Part shown: one piece after another, positions 17,930 to 26,422 of the stretch | Layout of the letters: every line of letters begins with the position of its first letter | How positions within the stretch are numbered: the stretch's first letter is position 1 | From: a virus | Strand: one strand, 5' to 3' | DNA: 64,000 nucleotides | Virus record (IMG/VR): IMGVR_UViG_3300036670_000209 | Span: 39,040-103,039 of that record | Notes under the pieces: model-generated | What the model saw: only the letters and a program-made list of their open reading frames with translations | Told to the model about the DNA's origin: nothing | Database searches by the model: none | Program-made: the position numbers and the translations under genes

Positions 17930-18550
17930 GCGTTGCTTTCTGGTGTGTTGCTGTTTATGTGTTAATTATAGCATAAAACAAAAACCCAGTCAAGTTTCGG
18001 GTTATTGCGCACCAAGGTATTTCTTGATTTTGGTTACTATGAACATGTCCTGGCCCAGCGGCCAGGACGCTGTTACCTGCCAGGGCCAATGGCTCTGGTG
18101 CATGGAGTGGGCAATTCGTTGGCATCCAGAAACACCAAACTCACGTTAAATTCGTGATCGTCAATGAAGTAGTAGGTTTTATCGTGTCTGTTGTATTCAA
18201 AGCTAGCAACACCTTCATACAAGGTTTCACCCACATAAAATTGTTTTGAATATTGGGCTAGACCACAATTGTATGAGCCTTCACAGGCTTGTTCAGCAAG
18301 TGCATACAGCTCACCGTGTATCTTAAGTGTAGCATCTTCCAAGCTTTGGAACACATTGTTCTTGGGATCCTGATTGAAATTGTTCATCTGAAAATTCCAG
18401 ATCGTCAGCTCAGCTGACACGCGATCAATGTTGTCTTGGATTTCTTGCCTGGATAGTGTGACTTTATTCATCATGCGTTGCTTTCTGGTGTGTTGCTGTT
18501 TATGTGTTAATTATAGCATAAAACAAAAACCCAGTCAAATTTCGGGTTAT
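17926..18550. repeat. 80-bp direct repeat (17926-18005 and 18471-18550) containing promoter TTGACT-N17-TATAAT and leader
   Basis: Aligned by eye, one mismatch. Confidence 0.85.
18073..18474 (-). CDS. Hypothetical protein, paralog of 18547-18912
   Basis: PKNNVF..LE.A...AC.G...CG...YSKQFYVG.TLYEG shared. Confidence 0.75.
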   Translation of the reverse strand: MMNKVTLSRQEIQDNIDRVSAELTIWNFQMNNFNQDPKNNVFQSLEDATLKIHGELYALAEQACEGSYNCGLAQYSKQFYVGETLYEGVASFEYNRHDKTYYFIDDHEFNVSLVFLDANELPTPCTRAIGPGR

Positions 18551-18912
18551 CCAACGCCAGAGTATTTTTTGATTTTGCCCACAGTAGTCACGGGCACCAA
18601 ATTCACCGTGAATTCATGTGCAACAATATAATAATAGGTCGTCTGGTTGTATTTAAATTTTGATATGCCCTCGTACAGAGTACTGCCCACATAAAATTGC
18701 TTGGAATATTCATCCTGACCGCACCCATGAGCCCCACTGCATGCTGCTCCGGCAATTGAATACAACTGGTCTCCGATCAGTGCGCTGGCTATTTCCAGGG
18801 TGTCATAGACATTATTCTTGGGATTTTTTTCAAAATCCACATCATAAGTGGTACAATCCGCCAGCGCACTGCTGTCTGTACAAATGTTATTTTGAATTTT
18901 TTGTTTGCTCAT
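18547..18912 (-). CDS. Hypothetical protein, paralog of 18073-18474
   Basis: Same shared motif. Confidence 0.75.
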   Translation of the reverse strand: MSKQKIQNNICTDSSALADCTTYDVDFEKNPKNNVYDTLEIASALIGDQLYSIAGAACSGAHGCGQDEYSKQFYVGSTLYEGISKFKYNQTTYYYIVAHEFTVNLVPVTTVGKIKKYSGVG

Positions 18913-19090
18913 TTTTTAAAATTATTTTAATCATTTGATATAAGATTGCAGCGTTCCAGGGATTATCCACACAAATCTTTTGCATATTTATTATATCAGC
19001 TTCTGCGATTGTGGGCTCATGTTCTATTAACAGTTCACGGACAATTTCTTCGTTTAGTATTGCGTTCACATCTGGCGTGGTTGGTTTCAT
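18887..19090 (-). CDS. Hypothetical protein
   Basis: ORF track. Confidence 0.55.
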   Translation of the reverse strand: MKPTTPDVNAILNEEIVRELLIEHEPTIAEADIINMQKICVDNPWNAAILYQMIKIILKNEQTKNSK

Positions 19091-19505
19091 ACTGTGGGCT
19101 TTCTCAGACTTGCATTAAACCATTCAGTTAGATTTGAATTCAATGTGGCAATGGTGATCTGATCCACTGGTGGTCTGATAGTTCTATGGTCTCGTGTGAT
19201 TCGAGTGTGGTCAATTTTCATTTTTACTTCCAAATAATCGATAAGTGAACTACCAGTTCCTGAGTAGCAATATCAGCGGCGCACAACATATCAATACCAA
19301 ATATAATATCCAAATCATACGCCGTGCTGCGATTATTTTTTTCTGTGTTTCAAACATCAGCAGCATGTAGGTCACAGCATTTAGTATTAATACCAAAATT
19401 ATTAGTAGTAGTTGTCCGTGGTCCATGAGATCCTCCTGTTAACTGATACGCTGCGGCCGTGGTTGCCCTGTCAGCTGCAACTGAAAAATATTATAAGCCC
19501 AGGTG

Positions 19506-19727
19506 CTACAGGCGATATTTGGCTAGCACACTGACGGCCAAATCCACTGAATCAATCTGATCAGTTATCTCCAGTTGCATCAGCTGGATCAGCAGCTGGC
19601 ATTGCTGCTGATGCTCCGGGAGCAGGCTGGCTATAAATATGTCCACCCGCGTTTTATTTTCCATTTGCCAGATTATCTGGCAAAAAAGTTGCTGCAAGCG
19701 TGTGAGTCCATTCAGTGTGATATCCAT
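19506..19727 (-). CDS. Hypothetical protein
   Basis: ORF track; GGAGA RBS. Confidence 0.6.
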   Translation of the reverse strand: MDITLNGLTRLQQLFCQIIWQMENKTRVDIFIASLLPEHQQQCQLLIQLMQLEITDQIDSVDLAVSVLAKYRL

Positions 19728-19783
19728 GATTTCTCCAGTATATGTTGATTGTAATGCAGTGCAGTTTATAAGTCAAACCAGGT

Positions 19784-20212
19784 TCAGTGTTTTTTGTTCA
19801 GTGCAAGCTGTACACACACCATTGGGTATAGCAGGCTGCCAGCTGGGGTGGGGTTTAGTATATTCCATACCACCAGCTGATCAGGCGTCAGGTTCAGGTA
19901 CTGCCCACAATTATCATATATAATCAGTGCCAATAGTATGCCCTGTATCGCAGCCCAGGTATAATTATTAACCCGTATCCCATGTTTTTCCAGCATGTTC
20001 ACGTGATTTTGAATTTTGACCATCATGGTGATCCAAACGTGATTACGCCGTCCATCCCAGAGTACACTGTGTGCAGCCGACCACGACACGTCCCATTCAC
20101 TTCCCAGGTGGCTAAAACTCCAAACTGAGTCCCATGCCGGTGTCTCTGGGTCCAAACTGTTCAGCAGCTGGTTAATATGGGCTGCGTTGGGCAGGTGACT
20201 CCATGCTGTCAT
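19784..20212 (-). CDS. WSHLPNA-family paralog (array 3)
   Basis: Start moved to MTAWSHLPNAAHIN; promoter TTGACT-N17-TATAAT at 20239-20267. Confidence 0.8.
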   Translation of the reverse strand: MTAWSHLPNAAHINQLLNSLDPETPAWDSVWSFSHLGSEWDVSWSAAHSVLWDGRRNHVWITMMVKIQNHVNMLEKHGIRVNNYTWAAIQGILLALIIYDNCGQYLNLTPDQLVVWNILNPTPAGSLLYPMVCVQLALNKKH

Positions 20213-20228
20213 GCTGTTTCCTTGGTTG

Positions 20229-20693
20229 CTATGCGTCAATTATAGCAGAATTCATTAACCCAGTCAACTGTGGGGGCTTTACCGTTTCCAATAGAGTCAC
20301 ATATGGAATCAATAAGATCGCAGCGGGATCGTCGCTCAAAGCACCCCATACAGCCAGATGATCTGCGGTCATGGTCAGATATCGGTCACTGTGATCATAG
20401 GCAACCAATGCCAATATCGCATTTAATGTCGCATCCCACAGCACGATGTCAACGGTCACCTGCTGTGACGCATCCCATGCCGGCCCCGATACCACATCTC
20501 TCACCACACCCCATGCCGCACCCAATGCCTCAGCTCTCGCTGCGACACATGCCACATCCCTGGCCACATCCCAGTAGGCCGTCGCCAGCCCAACCAAAGA
20601 CTTTTTGGCATCTGATCTATCTGGAAACGATCGCAAGTGGGCCAGCACCTGATCAATGTGCCGTGCATTGGCCAAGTGACTCCATTCAGTCAT
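20229..20693 (-). CDS. WSHLPNA-family paralog (array 3)
   Basis: Conserved termini and repeat core. Confidence 0.85.
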   Translation of the reverse strand: MTEWSHLANARHIDQVLAHLRSFPDRSDAKKSLVGLATAYWDVARDVACVAARAEALGAAWGVVRDVVSGPAWDASQQVTVDIVLWDATLNAILALVAYDHSDRYLTMTADHLAVWGALSDDPAAILLIPYVTLLETVKPPQLTGLMNSAIIDA

Positions 20694-21121
20694 GATGTTT
20701 CCTTTGAGGTGGCATTTTCCAAGAAAGTCACATAGGGCAGTAATAGGATCGCTGCGGGATCATAGTTCAATGCACACCATACGCGCAGTTGATCTGCGGT
20801 CATGGTCAAATATTGGGCACAATGGTCATACACAACCAATGCCAATATCGCATTCAATATCGCATCCCGCATCACTATGTTGACGGTCACCTGCTGCGGC
20901 GCATCCCATGTCACATCCCATGCCGCATCCAACGCCACATCCCTGGTCTCGGTCAGCACCAGTGCGCCGTACACCTCACACCGCGCCGCGCGCGATGCTG
21001 CATCTTGTGCCACCTCTTGTGACACACATGCGGCTGGTATTGGTCTAATAGAGAACGATCTTATGTTGGTCAATACCCAATCTATATGTGCTGCATTGGG
21101 CAGGTGACTCCATGCAGTCAT
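20690..21121 (-). CDS. WSHLPNA-family paralog (array 3, mosaic core)
   Basis: Start moved to MTAWSHLPNA at ATGA overlap. Confidence 0.85.
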   Translation of the reverse strand: MTAWSHLPNAAHIDWVLTNIRSFSIRPIPAACVSQEVAQDAASRAARCEVYGALVLTETRDVALDAAWDVTWDAPQQVTVNIVMRDAILNAILALVVYDHCAQYLTMTADQLRVWCALNYDPAAILLLPYVTFLENATSKETS

Positions 21122-21519
21122 ACTGGTTCCTTGTTTGTGGAGTGTTCCAAGAAAGTCACGTAGGGCAGCAATAGAATTGCCGCTGGGTCGTTGCTCAATG
21201 CACCCCATACCCGCAGTTGATCAGCGGTCATTGAAAGACAAGGGGCACAGTGATCGTAAACAATCAGGGCCAGCAGTGCATCCCGCCACGTGCTATTAGC
21301 GGTACATGATGATGTGTATAATGTGGCGTCCCATATCAGGTGTCTTTTTGTATCCAATATTGCCCTCCTTGCTGAAACTCTGGCTGCGTCCGTTGCCTCT
21401 TGTCTTTCTGCACTCCAGCGCGTATTGCTGGACTCATGGTGAGTACTGGGATATGCTGTTAGGTTGGATCGCACCAAGTCAATATGTGCTGCATTGGGCA
21501 AGTGATTCCATCTATTCAT
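21118..21519 (-). CDS. WSHLPNA-family paralog (array 3)
   Basis: Start moved to MNRWNHLPNAAHID. Confidence 0.85.
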   Translation of the reverse strand: MNRWNHLPNAAHIDLVRSNLTAYPSTHHESSNTRWSAERQEATDAARVSARRAILDTKRHLIWDATLYTSSCTANSTWRDALLALIVYDHCAPCLSMTADQLRVWGALSNDPAAILLLPYVTFLEHSTNKEPV

Positions 21520-22009
21520 ATGTGTCTCTTGGTTGTTCATGTGTTGATTGCAACATCGGATCAATTGGCTGTGTCTTGATGTTTTCTAATAAAGACACAT
21601 AGGGCAGTAACAGCACACATGCTGGATCATCACTCAAGGCACTCCACACTCGTAGTTGATCTGCGGTCATGGTCAAATATCGGACACTGTGGTCATAGGC
21701 AATCAGTGCCAATATTGCATCCTGTACACTGTCCCATACACTATCCCAAATCGCCCTGCGTGCATCATAACGAGTCATTGTGGCACGAGAGACCAATTGG
21801 CACTGGGCGATTACCGCTGCTCTTGCACCATGCCGCAATGCGTCCCGTACTGCTTGCTGAGCCACTGACCATGCTGACTCCCGTGCCAACCAATTCCACT
21901 CCTGTTGCTTTGAAAAGAGTGGCGGGATAGATGCAATAGTAAACGATCGCAAGTAGGATATCACCTGATCTATATGTGCCGCATTGGGCAAGTGATCCCA
22001 TGCCGTCAT
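21512..22009 (-). CDS. WSHLPNA-family paralog (array 3)
   Basis: MTAWDHLPNAAHID; conserved C-terminus. Confidence 0.85.
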   Translation of the reverse strand: MTAWDHLPNAAHIDQVISYLRSFTIASIPPLFSKQQEWNWLARESAWSVAQQAVRDALRHGARAAVIAQCQLVSRATMTRYDARRAIWDSVWDSVQDAILALIAYDHSVRYLTMTADQLRVWSALSDDPACVLLLPYVSLLENIKTQPIDPMLQSTHEQPRDTYE

Positions 22010-22461
22010 GCCAGTCGCCCGGGGGTAGCATGTTCCAAGAAAGTCACATAGGGCAGTAACAGCACACCGGCTGAATCATCACTTAGGGCAGCCCACACTT
22101 GAAGTTCATCTGCGGTTACGGTCATGTATCGGTCACTGTGGTCATAGGCAATCAGGGCCATTATTGCACCCACGGCTGCTCTCCAAGCTTCTCTTGGCGT
22201 ATCTCTTGCCACATCCCGTGCCACATCCAATGCCGCATCCAATGCTATAATCCTTCCCATGGACCATATCGTATTAAATGCTGTATTAAATGCTGTATTC
22301 AATGCTGTATTCAATTCCGCAAGCTCTAAAAGTACAGCTGGCGCAACCACCTGTTTTTTGCCATGCACGGGTGACATAATGAATTCAGAGCAACACAACG
22401 GTATACCGGTCAGCACCTGGTCAATGTGTGTAGCGTTGGGCAAGTGACTCCATTCCGTCAT
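22006..22461 (-). CDS. WSHLPNA-family paralog (array 3)
   Basis: Conserved termini; 12-bp NTAL/NTAF repeats in core. Confidence 0.85.
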   Translation of the reverse strand: MTEWSHLPNATHIDQVLTGIPLCCSEFIMSPVHGKKQVVAPAVLLELAELNTALNTAFNTAFNTIWSMGRIIALDAALDVARDVARDTPREAWRAAVGAIMALIAYDHSDRYMTVTADELQVWAALSDDSAGVLLLPYVTFLEHATPGRLA

Positions 22462-22808
22462 ATTGATGTTGCCCCTATCATTGGCCCGTACGATTTTAGC
22501 CAGGGCAGCAGCAGGCGCCCGGCTGCGCAGTCGCTTAGCTCAATTATGATGGTTGCGCGGTCAATGGTCATGGAGTGGTATTTCTGACAGGTCGGGTCCA
22601 TGATCAGTGCAACCAGTGCACACTGAATGATCACATTCTTTTCAATGTTGGGCACTGTGTCCCACATGCTGTTGAATCGTTTTTGCTGCGGCCAATCAAG
22701 TTCATCACGAGCATCCAGATACACGTGGTATGTGTCTGAGCAATACCATCGTGAATTGCATGTGTTGCTTGACATTATCACTTGTTCTATGAGTTCTTGA
22801 TTGTTCAC
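22458..22808 (-). CDS. Divergent WSHLPNA-family paralog
   Basis: ALVALIMD..C.KY.SMT.D...LSD.AAG.LLLPWL matches family C-terminus. Confidence 0.6.
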   Translation of the reverse strand: MNNQELIEQVIMSSNTCNSRWYCSDTYHVYLDARDELDWPQQKRFNSMWDTVPNIEKNVIIQCALVALIMDPTCQKYHSMTIDRATIIIELSDCAAGRLLLPWLKSYGPMIGATSI

Positions 22809-22977
22809 AATAAGCCTACTGTTGATTTACTTGTTTGACTTGTATTTTAGCACAGGGTGTGAGCTAGGGCAGCAGAGATTTTCCCACTGAGTATGATCAA
22901 ACAGCATCTGGCCTGCGCCACAATTGATCCATGGTATTCAATCAAATTGGAATACATTACCAGCAGTACCACCGTGG

Positions 22978-23202
22978 TCATGCTAAATTCTTCTTCATTC
23001 TGCGTAATTCTTCAGCTAGTACCGTAAAATTAGAGCTCATGTAAGAATATGCCTCTGCCCGTTTTGCACATTCTTCTACAATCAATGCAGCGAACTCTTC
23101 CAATTCAAATTCAGTAAATAATATTGCATTGCGGCGCCCCAGGCCCATTACGCCACTTGCTGCACCCACTTGTTGCGTCAGTTGCTCAACCAGTTTATTC
23201 AT
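22978..23202 (-). CDS. MNERI-family small protein
   Basis: MNKLVEQL...LEEFAALIVEEC. Confidence 0.65.
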   Translation of the reverse strand: MNKLVEQLTQQVGAASGVMGLGRRNAILFTEFELEEFAALIVEECAKRAEAYSYMSSNFTVLAEELRRMKKNLA

Positions 23203-23240
23203 TATTTTAATCCAAAATGTTGATTATTTTAATATGGTGG

Positions 23241-23609
23241 TTACAAGTTTAAACTCTTGCATTCTTCAGATGTAAGTTTGGACAGTGCAGTGGCTTTTAG
23301 TCTTATTTTATCCAGATAACATTTTTCTGCATATTCTTCTTCCTTGTATGTTACATGTGTTTCCAACTTGGCCAAATCCAAATCTGCCGGTTGGCTCCAC
23401 TCCGCATACAGTGTAAAAACTCTGTTACGATCTTTATTATCATGGAGACGAAACACACCATTTTTAACAGTCAAAACAAAATTAAAATTATCAGCCCTTT
23501 CAAATACCGCCATCATGCGCTTGACATATGTATGTTGGGCAACTGACAATTTATCCAGTCTATCTGTTTCTTCATGCACTGCGCTGTGCACCTTGGATTC
23601 TTTAACCAT
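23241..23609 (-). CDS. Hypothetical protein, paralog of 12534-12899
   Basis: TY..RMM.V..RA and ALSKLTSEE shared; promoter TTGACA-N17-TATAAT at 23644-23672. Confidence 0.7.
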   Translation of the reverse strand: MVKESKVHSAVHEETDRLDKLSVAQHTYVKRMMAVFERADNFNFVLTVKNGVFRLHDNKDRNRVFTLYAEWSQPADLDLAKLETHVTYKEEEYAEKCYLDKIRLKATALSKLTSEECKSLNL

Positions 23610-23703
23610 GACGTGCTCCTGATATAATGCTGCTTATGTGTTAATTATAGCATTATCTGAATAAACTGTCAATTTCCAAAGTTAAAGTGGCTGCACTGAT
23701 CAA

Positions 23704-24120
23704 TCATTTACCAATGGATGTCCGCAGATCCACATAGGGTAGAATCGCTTCTGGCTTAAAGGTTACCCGATAGTTATACACCCCCACTTGAAGTGCATCC
23801 TGTTGTTCCACAAAATAGGTCACATTATCTGATAGACCCAGGAAATGTTTTTTGTAGCTATCTGCTGACGTTTTGCAAGTAATAGTGATCTGCCGTGGCT
23901 TGTCCTGGTTTCCCAGACTACACAGTCCTTCAATGGTAAGCATATAACCACCAGTGATACCATTGTAGAATACCACACGGCGGTTGACTTCAAAGTTGTC
24001 AGCGGCCTTGCTGAGATTAGCACTGGCCATGTCGGCATCAGTGCATGCTGGTAACAGCAACAGGCTGGATGTAGCCAGTAAAAGAGCAACTGATGTTTTG
24101 AGCATGTTGGATGTTTTCAT
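23704..24120 (-). CDS. Putative lipoprotein
   Basis: Basic N-terminus, hydrophobic signal and LPA-C lipobox-like site. Confidence 0.7.
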   Translation of the reverse strand: MKTSNMLKTSVALLLATSSLLLLPACTDADMASANLSKAADNFEVNRRVVFYNGITGGYMLTIEGLCSLGNQDKPRQITITCKTSADSYKKHFLGLSDNVTYFVEQQDALQVGVYNYRVTFKPEAILPYVDLRTSIGK

Positions 24121-24140
24121 AGTTTTTTCTTGGAAGTAAT

Positions 24141-24623
24141 TTAGGTATTATCGCGGGTATACGGGAATGACAGGGTGGCAGCCCAGTGCATGGCATGACG
24201 TACTGCCAGACTGGCCAGTTGCTCAAAGGTCAAATTTTGTGTGTTGTGTTCCATGCCATGCATAAGAAAGTTGCTGGCAATTTCCTTTTCCTGGTCAGTT
24301 AGGTAGCTAACCACTGGCGGCGCAGGTACAGGGGGCGGTACACTGGCGCCACACTGAGCAGCAATTTCATCCATGGTACTTAACTTGAGCCGGGTGGGTC
24401 GTATACCCTCCAGGGAAGTGGTTGCATTGCAGCCATCACTGAATTCTATCTGCACCCAATCACCAGCCTCAGTGACACCCTGTGCGATCACTGAGCCAAT
24501 CAGTCCCACGTATTCTTCAAAATAGGTGGCGTCGTCAGCCCAATCCGAGCCGTCCTCCAGTGATAGGCTTTCCAGGACTCGCAGGTCCACATGCAGTAGT
24601 TCGGCTTTATATTTTTTGGTCAT
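24141..24623 (-). CDS. Hypothetical protein
   Basis: Start moved to MTKKYK after AAGGA. Confidence 0.6.
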   Translation of the reverse strand: MTKKYKAELLHVDLRVLESLSLEDGSDWADDATYFEEYVGLIGSVIAQGVTEAGDWVQIEFSDGCNATTSLEGIRPTRLKLSTMDEIAAQCGASVPPPVPAPPVVSYLTDQEKEIASNFLMHGMEHNTQNLTFEQLASLAVRHAMHWAATLSFPYTRDNT

Positions 24624-24686
24624 GTGTTTCCTTGTTGGTTGTGATGATTGTACACTGATACACCCTGGTGGGTCAATCACTAACTA

Positions 24687-25097
24687 TCAACGGTTAAGAA
24701 ACATAACCAGCAGGCAGCCCAGTGCCACCACAGTGACAAAGGTGATCACCACCAGTGCGCTGCTCATGCGCTGTCGAATTTTTTCTGGTCCATGGTTCAT
24801 ATTATGTGTGCCCTGTTGAATTAGTTTGAATATGGAAAGTGCGTCCCCTACTGCTACCTGGTGTTCGGTGCAGTGGGCGTGCAGTTTTTGTGCACTTATC
24901 AGGTATTGTCCCTGAATGGCCGGTGACCAGTCACTGTGATTTTTGCTACATACCAGTGCATACAATTGTTTGGCCAACTGTTGATTTGGTACGCCAACTT
25001 TTGTCTGACCAGGACCACCAGTGGTGTTTTTCATTTGTTGGGATGCTTCCAACTGTCGTTGTGTTTCGTATAGGCTGATGCGGTGTGTATGTATCAT
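24687..25097 (-). CDS. Paralog of 6886-7218 fused to a C-terminal TM segment
   Basis: Shared motifs; start uncertain. Confidence 0.55.
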   Translation of the reverse strand: MIHTHRISLYETQRQLEASQQMKNTTGGPGQTKVGVPNQQLAKQLYALVCSKNHSDWSPAIQGQYLISAQKLHAHCTEHQVAVGDALSIFKLIQQGTHNMNHGPEKIRQRMSSALVVITFVTVVALGCLLVMFLNR

Positions 25098-25196
25098 GAT
25101 GTTTTCAATTGGTTTCTGATGCATGACAGTTAACCATTGCACCAGTTGCCAATTAACCATCCCAAGCCACTAGTATACATTAAACCTATTATACGG

Positions 25197-25562
25197 TCAA
25201 CTCACTGGATGCACACGGCGGCGCGGTTTGACTGTATCACCATCGCAGGGCCAGTGTGAACGCAACACCTGTAATATCAGTGTGGATGCTGGCGCAGCCA
25301 GCTGCTGATCAGTGAGTGCAGCTATCCCATACCCTGCTACCTTGATCACCTGAATACCACTGGTACCGCTGGCGGTACAATGGTTGGTGCCCATACCTGC
25401 ATCATGCACCCCGATTATATATCCCATGCCCACCAGCTGATTGTTGGGTACTTCTAGATTCAGCTCTGCTAGTAGCGACGTGCCGGATTTAAATTCTGCA
25501 TGCACTGGTGCCATGCAGGTCAGTGCCAGCATGGCACCAATGATTTTGATGTTAAATTTCAT
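25197..25562 (-). CDS. Secreted Rap1a/Tai-like protein
   Basis: Signal peptide ending VHA; SG..L, GYIIGVHD, two Cys, WPC near the end. Confidence 0.55.
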   Translation of the reverse strand: MKFNIKIIGAMLALTCMAPVHAEFKSGTSLLAELNLEVPNNQLVGMGYIIGVHDAGMGTNHCTASGTSGIQVIKVAGYGIAALTDQQLAAPASTLILQVLRSHWPCDGDTVKPRRRVHPVS

Positions 25563-25738
25563 AATTAATCCCTAATACTGTGGTTTAATAAGTTTCACAT
25601 GCACACAGAGCACATTGATGCCTGCCAGCCCATTGGTGGTACTGATGTCACTTTACTTCCATACAATCTGCTCCAACATTATCCCATAACCACTCCACAC
25701 ACTTGGCAGGCACTCCTTGAGTGAAATCTATTTGCATT

Positions 25739-25975
25739 TTATGACCACTTCAAGGAAAACAAGGTAGCGTCTGAAGCCTGCTTGAAATAGAAATCAGTTC
25801 TGTTATGCTGATAGACCATATTCCATTGATCTTTAAATATTCCCAATCTTTCACCTACCCATTTTTCAACAGTGTACATCGAAACATCAGTTTCAATTTG
25901 ATGTAACGTAACACGGTGAGGCCACAGATCTCGTTTAAGTTCTCTCATAAGCCACTCCATTGTAGTGTAAACCAT
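25739..25975 (-). CDS. F.L[RK]W-family small protein
   Basis: Ends FYFKQASDATLFSLKWS. Confidence 0.7.
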   Translation of the reverse strand: MVYTTMEWLMRELKRDLWPHRVTLHQIETDVSMYTVEKWVGERLGIFKDQWNMVYQHNRTDFYFKQASDATLFSLKWS

Positions 25976-25988
25976 AAGTAATCTAATC

Positions 25989-26372
25989 TCATGACCATTG
26001 TATTGCTGCTATTGTAGCATAATTGGCATACTTTTTTCTAATCTTTATTGTTAAACGGTTGTCAGTAGCATCACGATCAGCCATGCCCCAGTTCCAATCC
26101 CACCCCTGTCGACCAACATGTTGTTCCATCCAAGGGCGATAGTGATCGTTCGGGTCTGCTGATTCATAAGTTATGTAAGCAGCACCGCCCCAATCATGCC
26201 ATCTAGGATCTTCTGGGCCAGGACCTGCCACAATCATACCGCTAGGCCAGCGAACATTGATCACTACACCGGGCATGAATCGCCACCAGAGTTTTTGTTT
26301 GATGTTTAATCCGGTGGGCAAATACAAGTTCGGTCCTATCTTAAATAAACTGTTGATTTCAATTTTACTCAT
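25989..26372 (-). CDS. F.L[RK]W-family-like protein
   Basis: WMEQHVG.QGWDW; ends ATIAAIQWS. Confidence 0.65.
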   Translation of the reverse strand: MSKIEINSLFKIGPNLYLPTGLNIKQKLWWRFMPGVVINVRWPSGMIVAGPGPEDPRWHDWGGAAYITYESADPNDHYRPWMEQHVGRQGWDWNWGMADRDATDNRLTIKIRKKYANYATIAAIQWS

Positions 26373-26422
26373 TGCTCACTCCATCGTAGCTGGTGTATGC
26401 TAGCCCATTGGTGGTACTGATG

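Noticed and set aside
759-21208. Long N-terminal extensions in the ORF track (MGC.../MEC... starts)
   Set aside because: They overlap the upstream paralog by ~90 nt; true starts are at the ATGA overlaps with AAGGA RBS.
695-22447. Many plus-strand ORFs (MPHPMPHSMPH..., AASLAASH...) over the paralog arrays
   Set aside because: Antisense shadows of the 12-bp repeats; no RBS or promoter support; fully overlap better minus-strand genes.
368-22808. CRISPR array or diversity-generating retroelement as the explanation for the repeats
   Set aside because: Repeats are long, in-frame coding blocks at ~400-490 bp period; no cas or reverse transcriptase gene in the window; variation includes indels and block swaps rather than obviously adenine-only changes.
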